From positions 32,001 through 96,000 of the forward strand of contig CAWEMM010000007.1 in the NCBI GenBank assembly GCA_963810095.1: a stretch of 64,000 nucleotides of DNA, written 5' to 3'. Origin of the DNA: an uncultured Chloroflexia bacterium. Its GTDB lineage: Bacteria; Chloroflexota; Anaerolineae; CG2-30-64-16. The notes beneath the pieces are model-generated. The model was not told the DNA's origin, did no database searches, and was given only the letters and a program-made list of their open reading frames with translations. This document shows, in pieces, positions 41,308 through 51,211 of this stretch. Position 1 is the first letter of the stretch. Each line of letters opens with the position of its first letter. The position numbers and the translations under genes were made by a program.

Positions 41308-42837
41308 ATGAAGATAACTGGATTGGCAGCGAGATCAGCCTTTGGCCGGTACGTCCTCATCGCAGCACTCATCGCGGTCGCACTGACGACGGGCAGCAAC
41401 CTGACATCATCGGCATCATCTTCCGGGGCTGCTCCTGCCCCGCCTGCGGCATGTAACACCGTGATCCCGGTCTTCCAGGACGCGATCACGAATTGCCGTG
41501 AGATCAACAACGACTATGCCTGCTACGGCACCTATAACAGCAAGGGCGCGGCCGTCGCGCAGCCGAACGAGAAGCTGCGCTTTAAGATGCCACAGGACCG
41601 GGCGGCGATCGAGCGCTTCCAGAGCCTGGCGACCCTGCCATATCGAACGACGTACGGCGCGGCGCTGATGCGCCTGACGGCGCCCGGGCAGGCGGAGCCG
41701 GTGACTGCGATCCTGTTTGGCGATGCCGCGCTGACGCCAAGTCAGGCCGCGGCGGGGCGCGTCTTCACGCTCAAGACGGTGGGCAGCAATCCGGTCTGCC
41801 AGGCAACACCGCCAGGGCTTGCGGTCCGGGTGCCCTCTGGCAAGACGGGGCGCATCACGATCAACGGTGTCGAGATCAATCTGGGCAGCACCGCGTATGT
41901 CGCCGCGCTAAGCAGCACCGAGACGGTCGTTGCCAACCTGCAGGGAAACGTGGGCGTGCGCCTACCCACGCTCGACGCGACGTTGGCGCTGCCCGTGGGC
42001 CAGCAAACCCTGGTCACAACTCAAGACGGCGTCGCCACGGCATTCACCCAGCCCGCCCCATCTCCTTACGCAAAGTCTAGCCTGCTGCAGTGGTTGGTTG
42101 CCAAGGGGCTGCCCCAGGTGGGCAACCCGAACGGCCAGCCCGACGGGCGTATCGCCTGCGGCGGCCCGATTGCCTTCGGACAGACTATCAGCCAGGCGAA
42201 CGCGACGCCGGGGCAAGAGTGCATCTACCAGTTCTGCGCGAATGCGGGCGACGTGGCGACGATCACCATGGAGCGCCTCAGTGGGCGGCTTGACCCGTAC
42301 ATCGATCTGCGCGCGCCCGACAAGTCGGTCATCAAGTGGAACGACGACACTGCGCCGGGCGCCAGCAATGCGACCCTCTGCAACCAGGTGCTCCCGGTAT
42401 CGGGCTGCGATTACACGATCGTCGCACGGCCCTCGGGCAATGACACGAGCGGTAAGTTCCGCGTCACCCTGGCCGGCCAGAGCGCGTGCCAGGCCCAGGT
42501 GCCCAACTGCCAGGTCAACCCACCGGGCGTCATCTTGCGCAATGGCCCGGGCACGCAGTACGCAAAACTCGCCACCCTCGCGGGCGGCACGAAGCTCTTC
42601 CGCCTGAGCAGCGATCCCGGCACGCCGTGGGTGCAGGTGCAGGTCGCAACGTCCGGGCAGAAAGGGTGGGTGCTGGCCGACGCCGAGCAACTCTATTGTG
42701 ACGACGGCGTGGCCGTGGCCCAGCCGAGCCAGGGCAGCTCGCCATCGGCGGGCCCACCCGCCGCCACAACCGTACCGCCGCCGCCTCCACCGTCGCCGAC
42801 TACGCCGCCCAAGGCCGGCCCATTCCCCCTGCCCTGA
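41308..42837 (+). CDS. Secreted Cys-rich multidomain protein (FecR-like beta region, PPC-like domain, SH3b, Pro-rich tail)
   Basis: Signal peptide; AGD..TITM..LDPY.DL..WNDD..YTIVA (PPC); LRNGPGTQY..W.QV..GWV (SH3). GGAGG RBS. Confidence 0.82.
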   Translation: MKITGLAARSAFGRYVLIAALIAVALTTGSNLTSSASSSGAAPAPPAACNTVIPVFQDAITNCREINNDYACYGTYNSKGAAVAQPNEKLRFKMPQDRAAIERFQSLATLPYRTTYGAALMRLTAPGQAEPVTAILFGDAALTPSQAAAGRVFTLKTVGSNPVCQATPPGLAVRVPSGKTGRITINGVEINLGSTAYVAALSSTETVVANLQGNVGVRLPTLDATLALPVGQQTLVTTQDGVATAFTQPAPSPYAKSSLLQWLVAKGLPQVGNPNGQPDGRIACGGPIAFGQTISQANATPGQECIYQFCANAGDVATITMERLSGRLDPYIDLRAPDKSVIKWNDDTAPGASNATLCNQVLPVSGCDYTIVARPSGNDTSGKFRVTLAGQSACQAQVPNCQVNPPGVILRNGPGTQYAKLATLAGGTKLFRLSSDPGTPWVQVQVATSGQKGWVLADAEQLYCDDGVAVAQPSQGSSPSAGPPAATTVPPPPPPSPTTPPKAGPFPLP

Positions 42838-42867
42838 GTCGGGGCGTTCATCGGAAGGAGTTGTGAG

Positions 42868-45324
42868 ATGAGAATGGTGACGAGTCTGGGACGGCGGCGG
42901 GGCCGCATCGGGCGGTTTCTTCTCGTGCTGGTCGGGGCCGCAGCCTTGTCTGCCGGCTTCGCCACGGCCATTTCGGCGGGCACGGTCGGCCCCCGTGAAG
43001 TTGTGTTCACGGTAACCTCGACGGGCGACCAGGGTGACGGGGCGCCCGGCGACGGCGCGTGCCTTACTGCCGGCCGCGTCTGCACGCTGCCGCGCAGCAG
43101 TGGAAGAGGCGAACGCGGGCGGAGTGCCGGCGACTGTGCGCTTCGACCTGCCGCTGCCGGCGACCATCAAGCTGGGCGCGGCCCTGCAGGTCCGGGGCAG
43201 CCTGAGCATCCAGGGCCCGGCCGCGGGCCTGTTGGCCCTCGATGCCCAGGGCCTTGGCCGGCACCTCGACATCCAGCCCGCTGCCGGACCGGCCGCCGTC
43301 AACGTGTCGCACCTTCTGCTCGCCAACGGGATGTCGGCCGCGGATGGAGGCTCGGTGATCGTAGAGAGCGCCGTGCAACCGGCCGACGTGACGTTCGAGC
43401 GGGTGGTCTTCAAGGATAATACGGCGGCAGGCCGGGGCGGCGCGTTGTTCAGCAACCTCGGCAACGTGACGGTGATCGACTCGCTCTTTACGAACAACCT
43501 GGCAGCCAGCGGCGGCGCGATCGCCAATTCAGGAGGCACGCTTTCGGTCGAGCGCAGCACCCTTGCGGCGAACCGGGCCACAGCCGACGGCGGCGCACTG
43601 TACAATGTGGATCACGGCAGCGTAGGGCGCAGCGGCAACATGACGGTCACCGTCAGCACCCTGGTCGACAACCAGGCTGCCAACCATGGCGGCGCGCTCT
43701 TCAACGGGACGGTGGACGGCAGGGGCGCGGCGACATGGGTGCGCGGTTCCACCATCGTCCGCAACAGTGTCACTTCCGGCTCGGCCGAGGCTGCGGGCGG
43801 CGGCGCGTATGACAACGCCACTTGTCTTGTCCTCAACAGCACGATTCTCGCCGGGAACACCAGGGGGTCCGGCGCGGGCCGCGCCTGGGACGAGTGCGTG
43901 TCGAAGAGCGGGAGCCTCCCCGCGCGCGCCGGCGCCATCCCCGACTCATTCCTGACCGGCGGCGATAACCTGCTGGGGAACGCGGCCGGCGGTGGCTGCG
44001 CGCCAAGCGCCGGCGACGTCCAGATCGACCCTGCCCGGCTCTTCGTCGACGTGCTGCACGATCAACTGGCCTCCTACGACGGATCGCAGCCGATGTTCGC
44101 GTTGCGGCCCAACAGTCCGGCAATCGACTACACCCCCGCCAACAGCCACGTCTGCGGCACGGGCCTCACCGTCGACCAGCGCGGGGCGCCGAAGCCGCTC
44201 GGCGCCGCTTGTGATATCGGCGCGTACGAAGCCGCTCTGCCCGCGGTGACCGCGTCGCGCACCCTCAGCATGGACCCGGGCTCCTGCTCGAGCCAGTCCT
44301 CGGTCGAACTGGCGACCGGGGCGCTTGTCTATTCCTGTGCGACCGTCGTCAACACCGGTAATGTTGCCTTCACCCGGACGGAGATCTCCGTACCGGGCTG
44401 GCCGCGCCCCTACGTCCTGGCACAGCCGCTCGCGCCCGGGCAAGCGATCACGCTGACAGCCGCTCAATTCCCGGCGCTCGGGCCGATGCGTGTGCTTGGC
44501 GATGCGCCCGCCGGTGTGTTTGGCGCAGGCGACAGCCAATGGAGCGCGCCTCCGGGATTCCCTCGCAGGCGGCCGGCAAGGGTCTGTCGCTTGCACGACC
44601 GGTGGATGTGGCGATGCAGGTGACCGCGAAGCCCTTCGGTTTCGGCGCCATCCGCACCGTCACGGCCACGGTGACCTATCACGAGACAGGCGCCATCATT
44701 CCGCAGCGCCTTGTGAAGCTCTACATCAGCGGCGGAACGACCGCGCAACTACCGGCACAGTCGACTAACGGGCGGGGCCAGGCGGTCTTCAGCTACATCA
44801 GCTTTTCGCCGCTGACGCCCGCCACGGCAGGGCTTACCGGCGGGCAACCTGCCCGGGCGCTGAGTACGAGCCCGGAAGCCGTGCAGGCCACTGACTTCCT
44901 GCAGATGTGGGTCGATCTGAACGGCAACGGGCTGCGCGACCCGTTCGAGCCCTTCACGGCCGCGGGCCTGCCCACCGCGATCACGCTCGCATCGTTCGAG
45001 GCGCAGGCGGGTGCGGCAGACGCCGTCGTGCTGCGCTGGCGAACGGCCACGGAAGTCCAGGTGGCCGGCTTCAACGTGCTCCGGGCGGCGCAGCCCCAGG
45101 GACCCTACACCAAGGTCAACCCGAATTTGATCCCCAGCCAGGGCACAGGGCTGGGCAGCGACTACGAGTACACCGACCATCCGGGCGCGGCGGGCACCTA
45201 TTACTACAAGCTCGAAGAGGTCGGGTCGGACGGGAGCACGGTCGTGCACGGGCCGGTGACCGTGCAGCCAGGCGGGCCGATCGACGGCGGGCATCGCCAA
45301 TTCCTGCCGTGGATTGGCCGTTAG
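42868..45324 (+). CDS. Secreted CSLREA / beta-helix (choice-of-anchor Q-like) protein with C-terminal Ig-like domain; frameshifts near 43094 and 44570
   Basis: FTVTSTGD..GDGAC..CTLRAAVEEANA; N.A..GGA repeats; SPAID..DQRG..CDIGAYE; PTAITLASFEA..W.TATE..GFNV.R..YYYKL; tail FLPWIGR. Confidence 0.8.
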
Positions 45325-45383
45325 GGCGCGTCGGGCGGCCGGTCAGCGCAGCGCGAAATCCGGCGACACTGGAGGTGGGCGAG

Positions 45384-47690
45384 TTGGAAGGGGAAACACG
45401 AAACCCAGCGAAGAGGCGAACTGCGAAACGCGAAAAGCGCCCCGGTGATGGCGCACACCGGCGAGGCGCTTTTCCCCTTCCAACTCGCTCGCTCGCGGTC
45501 GCGCTGTGCTGCGTAGCCCTGCTCCTGCTTGCCTTGCCCGCCTCTTCGAAGGCCGAGACCGCGGCCGCTCAACCCTCGCTCCGCATCGTGACCCGTGCGG
45601 AAGGGCTCTACGCGCTCCACTATGCCGATCTACAGGCGGCCGGCTGGCACCCAGCCGGCCTCGATCCCCGCACTATCACGGTGACAAACCGCGGGACGGA
45701 AGTGGCGATCCGGGTTCTGGGCGAGGCAGACGGCCGCTTTGATCCCGGCGACGCCGTCCTTTTCTACGCCCGCGCCTATTCCGATCGCTTTACGAACGAC
45801 AACGTCTACTGGGTGAGCGCGGCCGCCGGCCCGGGTAAACGCATGACGGAGCGCGACGTCACGCCGAAAGGCGCGCCCGTGGCCGCATCGTTCCGCACGA
45901 CCGTCCATGGGGAGCAGGACACGGCCTACTGGCAGGCGATGCCCGGCTCGACGGAGGATGACCGGTGGTTCTGGGGCGGCAGGCTGGGGCCGCCGGGCCA
46001 GGCCGACGCTGCCGAGCGCGATTACGGGCTGACCCTGGGTACGGCTGCCAGCGCGGCGGAGCCTGCCCGGCTGCGGGTGCGCCTCAAGGGCTACACGACG
46101 CTGGGCCACCGGACCCGGCTGCTGCTGAACGGGGTGCAGGTGAGCGAGCAGCCCTGGCAAGGGCAAACGGTGTTCGACCAGGTCGTCGACGTCCCACAGT
46201 CGCTGGTGCGCAGCGGCGCGAACACCGTGCGCGTCCAGGCGCTTGCGAGCGGTGCGGCCGTGGATCAATTCCTGGTCAATTGGATCGAAATCACTTACAG
46301 CGCGCAGTTCAGAGCCGCGGGCGATCGACTGGCATTCGGCGGGACGGCCGCGGGCGCTCAGCAGTTCTCGGTCGCCGGCTTTGCAGGCCAGGGGGCCGAG
46401 GCATACGACATCACCGACCCCAATGGTCCCGTTCGATTGGTGGGCGGCCTGCCTGAGGGCGGATCTGGCGACTACCGGCTGCGGTTCGAGGACGGCGCCT
46501 CGGCAAGCAAGGCATACTTCGTGGCGACCGCCGTCGCCTGGCTCGCGCCGCAGAGCATCGCGGCCGACACCCCCTCGCACCTGGCCTTTGCCGACAATGC
46601 GGCCGACTACATCGTGATCACGCCCCGGGACTTCTGGCAGAGCGCCCAGCAACTGGCGGACTACCGGAGAGCCCAGGGATTCAGGACGGCTGTCATCGAC
46701 GTGCAGGATATCTACGACGAGTTCGACGGCGGCATCTTCTCGCCGATCGCGATCCGCGACTTCATCCGCTACGCTTATCTCAACTGGCAGCGGCCTGCAC
46801 CCGCTTACGTCGTCCTGCTAGGGGATGCCTACCAGGACTACAAGGACAACCTGCACACGGGCACGCGCAACTTCGTGCCGTCCTACAGCTTCGGGAGCAG
46901 CCTCTTCGGCGAGGTCTCGTCGGATAACTGGCTTGCCGCCGTCGACGGCGAAGACCCGCTTCCCGACGTAAATCTCGGCCGGCTGGCCGCGCAAACACCT
47001 CTGGAAGCGGGGCAGATCGTGGCGAAGGTGATCGCCTACGAGCAACAGCCTTCTGCTCACGCCGGTTCGCTGCTGCTAGTAGCCGACGACGACGAGCCGG
47101 ATTTCGCGCAGCTTTCCGACGACCTCGCGACCTTTGGACCCGCTCGGAAGGTCTATGTCGCGGGGTATCCTCCCGGCAATCCAACCGACGATATCTTGAG
47201 CACCATCAACGCGGGCGTTGGCTTCGTGAACTACGCGGGCCACGGCGAGCACAACGCGTGGGGGCTGTGGCAGGGGAACTCGAGGCGCATTTTCACGACA
47301 GACGATGTCGCCCGGCTGCAGAACGCGGGCCGCTTGCCCGTCGTCACCGTGGGCGACTGCCTCAATGGCTTTTTCACCGGGCCGCGTGACAACCCGTCGC
47401 TCGCCGAAGCGTTTCAGCGCCGGCCAGACGGCGGCGCGATCGCGGTCTGGGCGCCCACGGGATATGGTTACCCGCTGGGGCACCAACTCCTGCTGGAGGG
47501 CTTCTACCGGGCGATGTTCCGCCAGGGCATCACACGGCTTGGTCCCGCGACCACGGCCGCGAAGGTGGCGGCGTATGCCGATAGTCCCTTCTGGGGGGAG
47601 CTGATCATGACGTACGTGCTGTTCGGCGACCCTGCGACGCAGGTCGGGCTGCAAAGCCGCTCGGTCTTCCTGCCGTCCGTCTCACGGTAA
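45384..47690 (+). CDS. Secreted peptidase C25 (gingipain/PorU-like); start uncertain
   Basis: Signal peptide; EGLY.L..DL, DPR and DGRFDPGD.VLFYA; ADYIVIT, IYDEF, LLGD, SD, GRL, NYAGHG, GDCLNG and LFGDP; tail FLPSVSR. TTG at 45384 follows GGAGG. Confidence 0.9.
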   Translation: MEGETRNPAKRRTAKREKRPGDGAHRRGAFPLPTRSLAVALCCVALLLLALPASSKAETAAAQPSLRIVTRAEGLYALHYADLQAAGWHPAGLDPRTITVTNRGTEVAIRVLGEADGRFDPGDAVLFYARAYSDRFTNDNVYWVSAAAGPGKRMTERDVTPKGAPVAASFRTTVHGEQDTAYWQAMPGSTEDDRWFWGGRLGPPGQADAAERDYGLTLGTAASAAEPARLRVRLKGYTTLGHRTRLLLNGVQVSEQPWQGQTVFDQVVDVPQSLVRSGANTVRVQALASGAAVDQFLVNWIEITYSAQFRAAGDRLAFGGTAAGAQQFSVAGFAGQGAEAYDITDPNGPVRLVGGLPEGGSGDYRLRFEDGASASKAYFVATAVAWLAPQSIAADTPSHLAFADNAADYIVITPRDFWQSAQQLADYRRAQGFRTAVIDVQDIYDEFDGGIFSPIAIRDFIRYAYLNWQRPAPAYVVLLGDAYQDYKDNLHTGTRNFVPSYSFGSSLFGEVSSDNWLAAVDGEDPLPDVNLGRLAAQTPLEAGQIVAKVIAYEQQPSAHAGSLLLVADDDEPDFAQLSDDLATFGPARKVYVAGYPPGNPTDDILSTINAGVGFVNYAGHGEHNAWGLWQGNSRRIFTTDDVARLQNAGRLPVVTVGDCLNGFFTGPRDNPSLAEAFQRRPDGGAIAVWAPTGYGYPLGHQLLLEGFYRAMFRQGITRLGPATTAAKVAAYADSPFWGELIMTYVLFGDPATQVGLQSRSVFLPSVSR

Positions 47691-47720
47691 GGGTCGAGCT
47701 GGGGTCTGCTGTCGCCTGTT

Positions 47721-48092
47721 GCAGGCTTCATTCTTCCGGCAGGGGCCGGGCTCGCCGAGCCGGCGGCGGATTTCTTTCTTTCGTCAGGGGCCGGCCGGCC
47801 CCTGCCAACCGCCCAATGGCTACGCCCCTGGCGAGGTCCTCGCCTTGGTCAGCGAGACGCGCATGCCCCCTGGGACGCTGGTGTTGGGCAGCTTCTTAAA
47901 TGCCGGTTTCTTCAACTCGGCGGCAGGCTTCTTCCTTTCGGCAGGGGCCGGCCGGCCCCTGCCAACCCCGCCTCGGTGGCCTTGCCCCCGAGCCCCCGAT
48001 GGCTATGCTCCTGGCGCAGCCTTCGCCTTAGTCAGCGAAATGTGCATGCCCCCTGGGACGTTAGTGTTGCGCACCTCCCTAAATGCCGGTTT
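47721..48092. repeat. Degenerate tandem duplication (about 185-200 bp unit) with GC palindromes
   Basis: 94-bp blocks at 47816-47909 and 47999-48092 are alignable. CAGGGGCCGGCCGGCCCCTG palindrome at 47785 and 47942. Confidence 0.8.
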
Positions 48093-48368
48093 TGCGCGAG
48101 CCCGAACTGGCAGGCCCGCGGCGGTCCGTGGGCCACAGCCGTTGCCGGCGACAGATCTGCTCCCCGAGCAGGTTTGGGGGTCGAGGGGGCGCAGCCCCAC
48201 GGCGGGGGTGTTGGGGGCCCGCGGCCCCCAACGGGCCAGATATCGACACATCTCAGTGTTGAAGGCCGGCGGCCCCCAACGGGCCAGATATCAATACAGC
48301 GGCGCTTGCCGCCGCCTGCGGAACGTCCGCGACAGAGCGCGGGCAGCGGCCGCGGTATACTGCCGGGT

Positions 48369-49406
48369 ATGCCGGCATTACTTCTACAGACGAATGAACG
48401 GGGACTCTATTGCGCGGCGGGCGACTTCTACGTCGATCCGTGGGCGCCCGTCGAGCGCGCGATCCTGACCCATGCGCACTCGGATCACGCCCGTGCGGGA
48501 TCGGCACGCTACCTGGTGCCTTCGGCTGGCCTGCCCATCATGCGGCAGCGGCTCGGCTCCGACGCGCGCCTCGTGCCCCTCGAGTACGGCAAGCCGCTGG
48601 AAGTCAACGGCGTCACCGTGTCGTTTCACCCGGCGGGGCATGTGCTCGGGTCGGCGCAGGTGCGGGTGGAGCACCGCGGCGAGGTGTGGGTGATCTCGGG
48701 TGACTACAAGCGGGACCCTGATCCGACCTGCGCGGCGTTTGAACCTGTCCGCTGCCACACCTTCATCACGGAAGCAACCTTTGGCCTGCCGATCTACCGC
48801 TGGCCGCCGCAGGACTCCGTTTTCCGAGAGATCGACGAGTGGTGGCGGGGAAACCAGGCCGCCGGCGCCGCGTCGGTGCTTTTTGCCTATGCGCTCGGCA
48901 AGGCCCAGCGGCTGCTGGCGGGCATCGACTCCCGCATCGGCCCTGTGTACGTCCACGGCGCGGTCCATGCGGTCAACCGCCTGTATGGGGAGGCCGGGGT
49001 CGCGCTGCCCGAAGCGCACTACGCGATGGCGGCCGGGCGGGCGACGGATTGGTCGCAAGCACTGATCATCGCGCCGACCTCGGCGCGCGACACGCCTTGG
49101 CTGCGCCGCTTCGGCCGCTTCTCCGACGGGTTCGCATCCGGGTGGATGCGCGTGCGGGGGCAGCGCCGGCGCCGCTCGATTGACCGGGGCTTCGTGTTGT
49201 CCGACCATGTCGACTGGCCGGGATTGATGGCGACGGTGCGGGAGACCGGGGCCGAGCGCGTTTTCGTCACCCACGGCTACACCGCAGCGGTGGCCCGGTG
49301 GTTGAGCGAGCAGGGATTGGAGGCCTATCCGCTTGAAACCCGGTTCGCCGGGGATGAAGAAGAAACGGAATTGGCCGCAGAGGGCACAGAGGTAGCAGAG
49401 GGGTGA
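48369..49406 (+). CDS. Ligase-associated DNA damage response exonuclease (metallo-beta-lactamase/beta-CASP)
   Basis: GLYC..GDFYVDPW, THAHSDH, AGHVLGSA, SGDYK, EATFGLP, LSDHVDW and THG. Confidence 0.93.
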   Translation: MPALLLQTNERGLYCAAGDFYVDPWAPVERAILTHAHSDHARAGSARYLVPSAGLPIMRQRLGSDARLVPLEYGKPLEVNGVTVSFHPAGHVLGSAQVRVEHRGEVWVISGDYKRDPDPTCAAFEPVRCHTFITEATFGLPIYRWPPQDSVFREIDEWWRGNQAAGAASVLFAYALGKAQRLLAGIDSRIGPVYVHGAVHAVNRLYGEAGVALPEAHYAMAAGRATDWSQALIIAPTSARDTPWLRRFGRFSDGFASGWMRVRGQRRRRSIDRGFVLSDHVDWPGLMATVRETGAERVFVTHGYTAAVARWLSEQGLEAYPLETRFAGDEEETELAAEGTEVAEG

Positions 49407-49480
49407 GGACGATAGACGATGATGGACGAAGAAACCAGGTTTCTCCTCGGCAACCGGGTTTCTTTGGGGGCTGAAGCGAC

Positions 49481-51117
49481 ATGAAGCGCTTCACACAGCT
49501 TTACCTCGCGCTCGACGCGACGACCCGCACCAACGAGAAGGTTGCGGCGATGGTCGCTTACTTCCGGGAGGCCGCGCCCGAGGACGCGGCGTGGGCCGTC
49601 TTCTTTCTGAGCGGGCGGCGGCCTAAGCGCCTGCTGCCTTCGCACCTCCTGCGCACGCTGGCCGCCGAGCTTGCCGGCATCCCCGAGTGGCTGCTGGTCG
49701 AGTCTTACTCGGCCGTGGGCGACTCGGCGGAGACCGCGGCACTGCTGTTGCCCGACCCGGGTGTCACTTCAGACCTGCCGCTACATCGGTGGATGCTCGA
49801 GCACATCCTGCCCGTGCGCGAGGCGGACGAGGCGGGGCAGCGGGATATGATCCTGAACGCCTGGGCCGAGCTGGGCGAGGCCGAGCGCTACGTCTTCAAC
49901 AAGCTCATCACGGGTGCGCTCCGGGTCGGCGTGTCGCAGCTGCTGCTCGTGCGCGCGCTCAGCCAGTGCAGTGGTAGCCCGTCGAACGGGAGCCCGTCGA
50001 ACGGGAGCCCGTCTGACGGGGTGGACGAGCAGACGATCGCTCACCGGCTGATGGGCGGGTGGGACCCCACGCCCCAGTTCTACCGCTCGCTGGTCGCCAA
50101 GGGAGCAGTCGGACGCAGACGTCAGCCGGCCCTATCCCTTCTTCCTGGCGCACCCGCTGGAAGGTGAGCCCGATGCGCTGGGGCCGGTGAGCCGAATGGC
50201 AGGCCGAGTGGAAGTGGGACGGCATCCGCTCGCAGCTCATCAAGCGGCAGGGCGGCGTGTACCTGTGGTCGCGGGGCGAGGAACTCGTCACGGACCGCTA
50301 CCCCGAGGTGGTGGCTGCTGCAGCGGGCCTGCCCGACGGCACGGTGCTCGACGGCGAGCTGCTGCCCTGGCGCGACGGGCGGGTGATGCCGTTTGCCGAG
50401 ATGCAGCGGCGCATCGGGCGGAAAGACCTCGGCAAGAAGATCCTGGCCGACGTGCCGGTGGTGATCCTGACCTACGACCTGCTGGAGTGGGGCGGGGAGG
50501 ATTGGCGGCCGCGGGCGCTGACCGAGCGGCGCGCTCAATTGGAGCGGGTGATCGCAGCGGCGAACAGCCCGTGGCTGCTGATCTCAGAGATCGTGACGAG
50601 CGAGAGCTGGGCGGAACTGGCCGAACGGCGCGCCGAGAGCCGCGAGAGGGCGGTCGAAGGCTTGATGCTCAAGCGCCGTGACTCGACGTACGGTGTGGGG
50701 CGCAAGCGCGGGGACTGGTGGAAGTGGAAGATCGAGCCGTATAGCATCGACGCAGTGCTGATCTACGCGCAGCGGGGCAGCGGCAAGCGCGCCAGCCTCT
50801 ACACCGACTACACCTTCGCCGTCTGGGATCAGGGCGAGCTCGTCCCGTTCGCCAAGGCCTATTCCGGCCTGACCGACGCCGAGATCCGGGAGGTCGATCG
50901 CTTCGTGCGGGAGAACACCCGCGAGCGCTTCGGCCCGGTGCGCAGCGTGACGCCGAAGCTCGTGTTCGAGCTGGGTTTCGAGGGCATCCAGGAGAGCAGT
51001 CGACATAAGAGCGGGATCGCGGTCCGGTTCCCGCGCATCCTGAGGTGGCGGAAGGACAAGAACATCGAGGATGCGGATTCGCTGGAGACGATCCGCGAGC
51101 TGATTCAGCGCAGATGA
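49481..51117 (+). CDS. ATP-dependent DNA ligase (ligase-associated DNA damage response type); frameshifts near 50105 and 50190
   Basis: VGD.AET, PYPFFLAHPL, EWKWDGIR, DGE, EGLMLK, WWKWK and RFPRI spread across three frames. Confidence 0.9.
49976..50020 (+). repeat. In-frame 15-bp tandem repeat x3 (SPSNG)
   Basis: AGCCCGTCGAACGGG x2 plus AGCCCGTCTGACGGG. Confidence 0.85.
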
Positions 51118-51191
51118 CGTAGACTGGGAAAGCCGGTCGTCAGGTGTCCCCAGACGATCCGGCGGACCTGCCCAATCTGCGTCATCTGCGC
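51108..51191. repeat. Palindromic REP-like element overlapping the ligase stop
   Basis: GCGCAGATGACG ... CGTCATCTGCGC; same arms as 11366-11455. Confidence 0.7.
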
Positions 51192-51211
51192 GCGGTCCAT
51201 TAGCGCTGTGC

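Noticed and set aside
47721-48300. CRISPR array
   Set aside because: Only 2-3 degenerate units, with no regular identical repeats separated by unique spacers and no cas genes.
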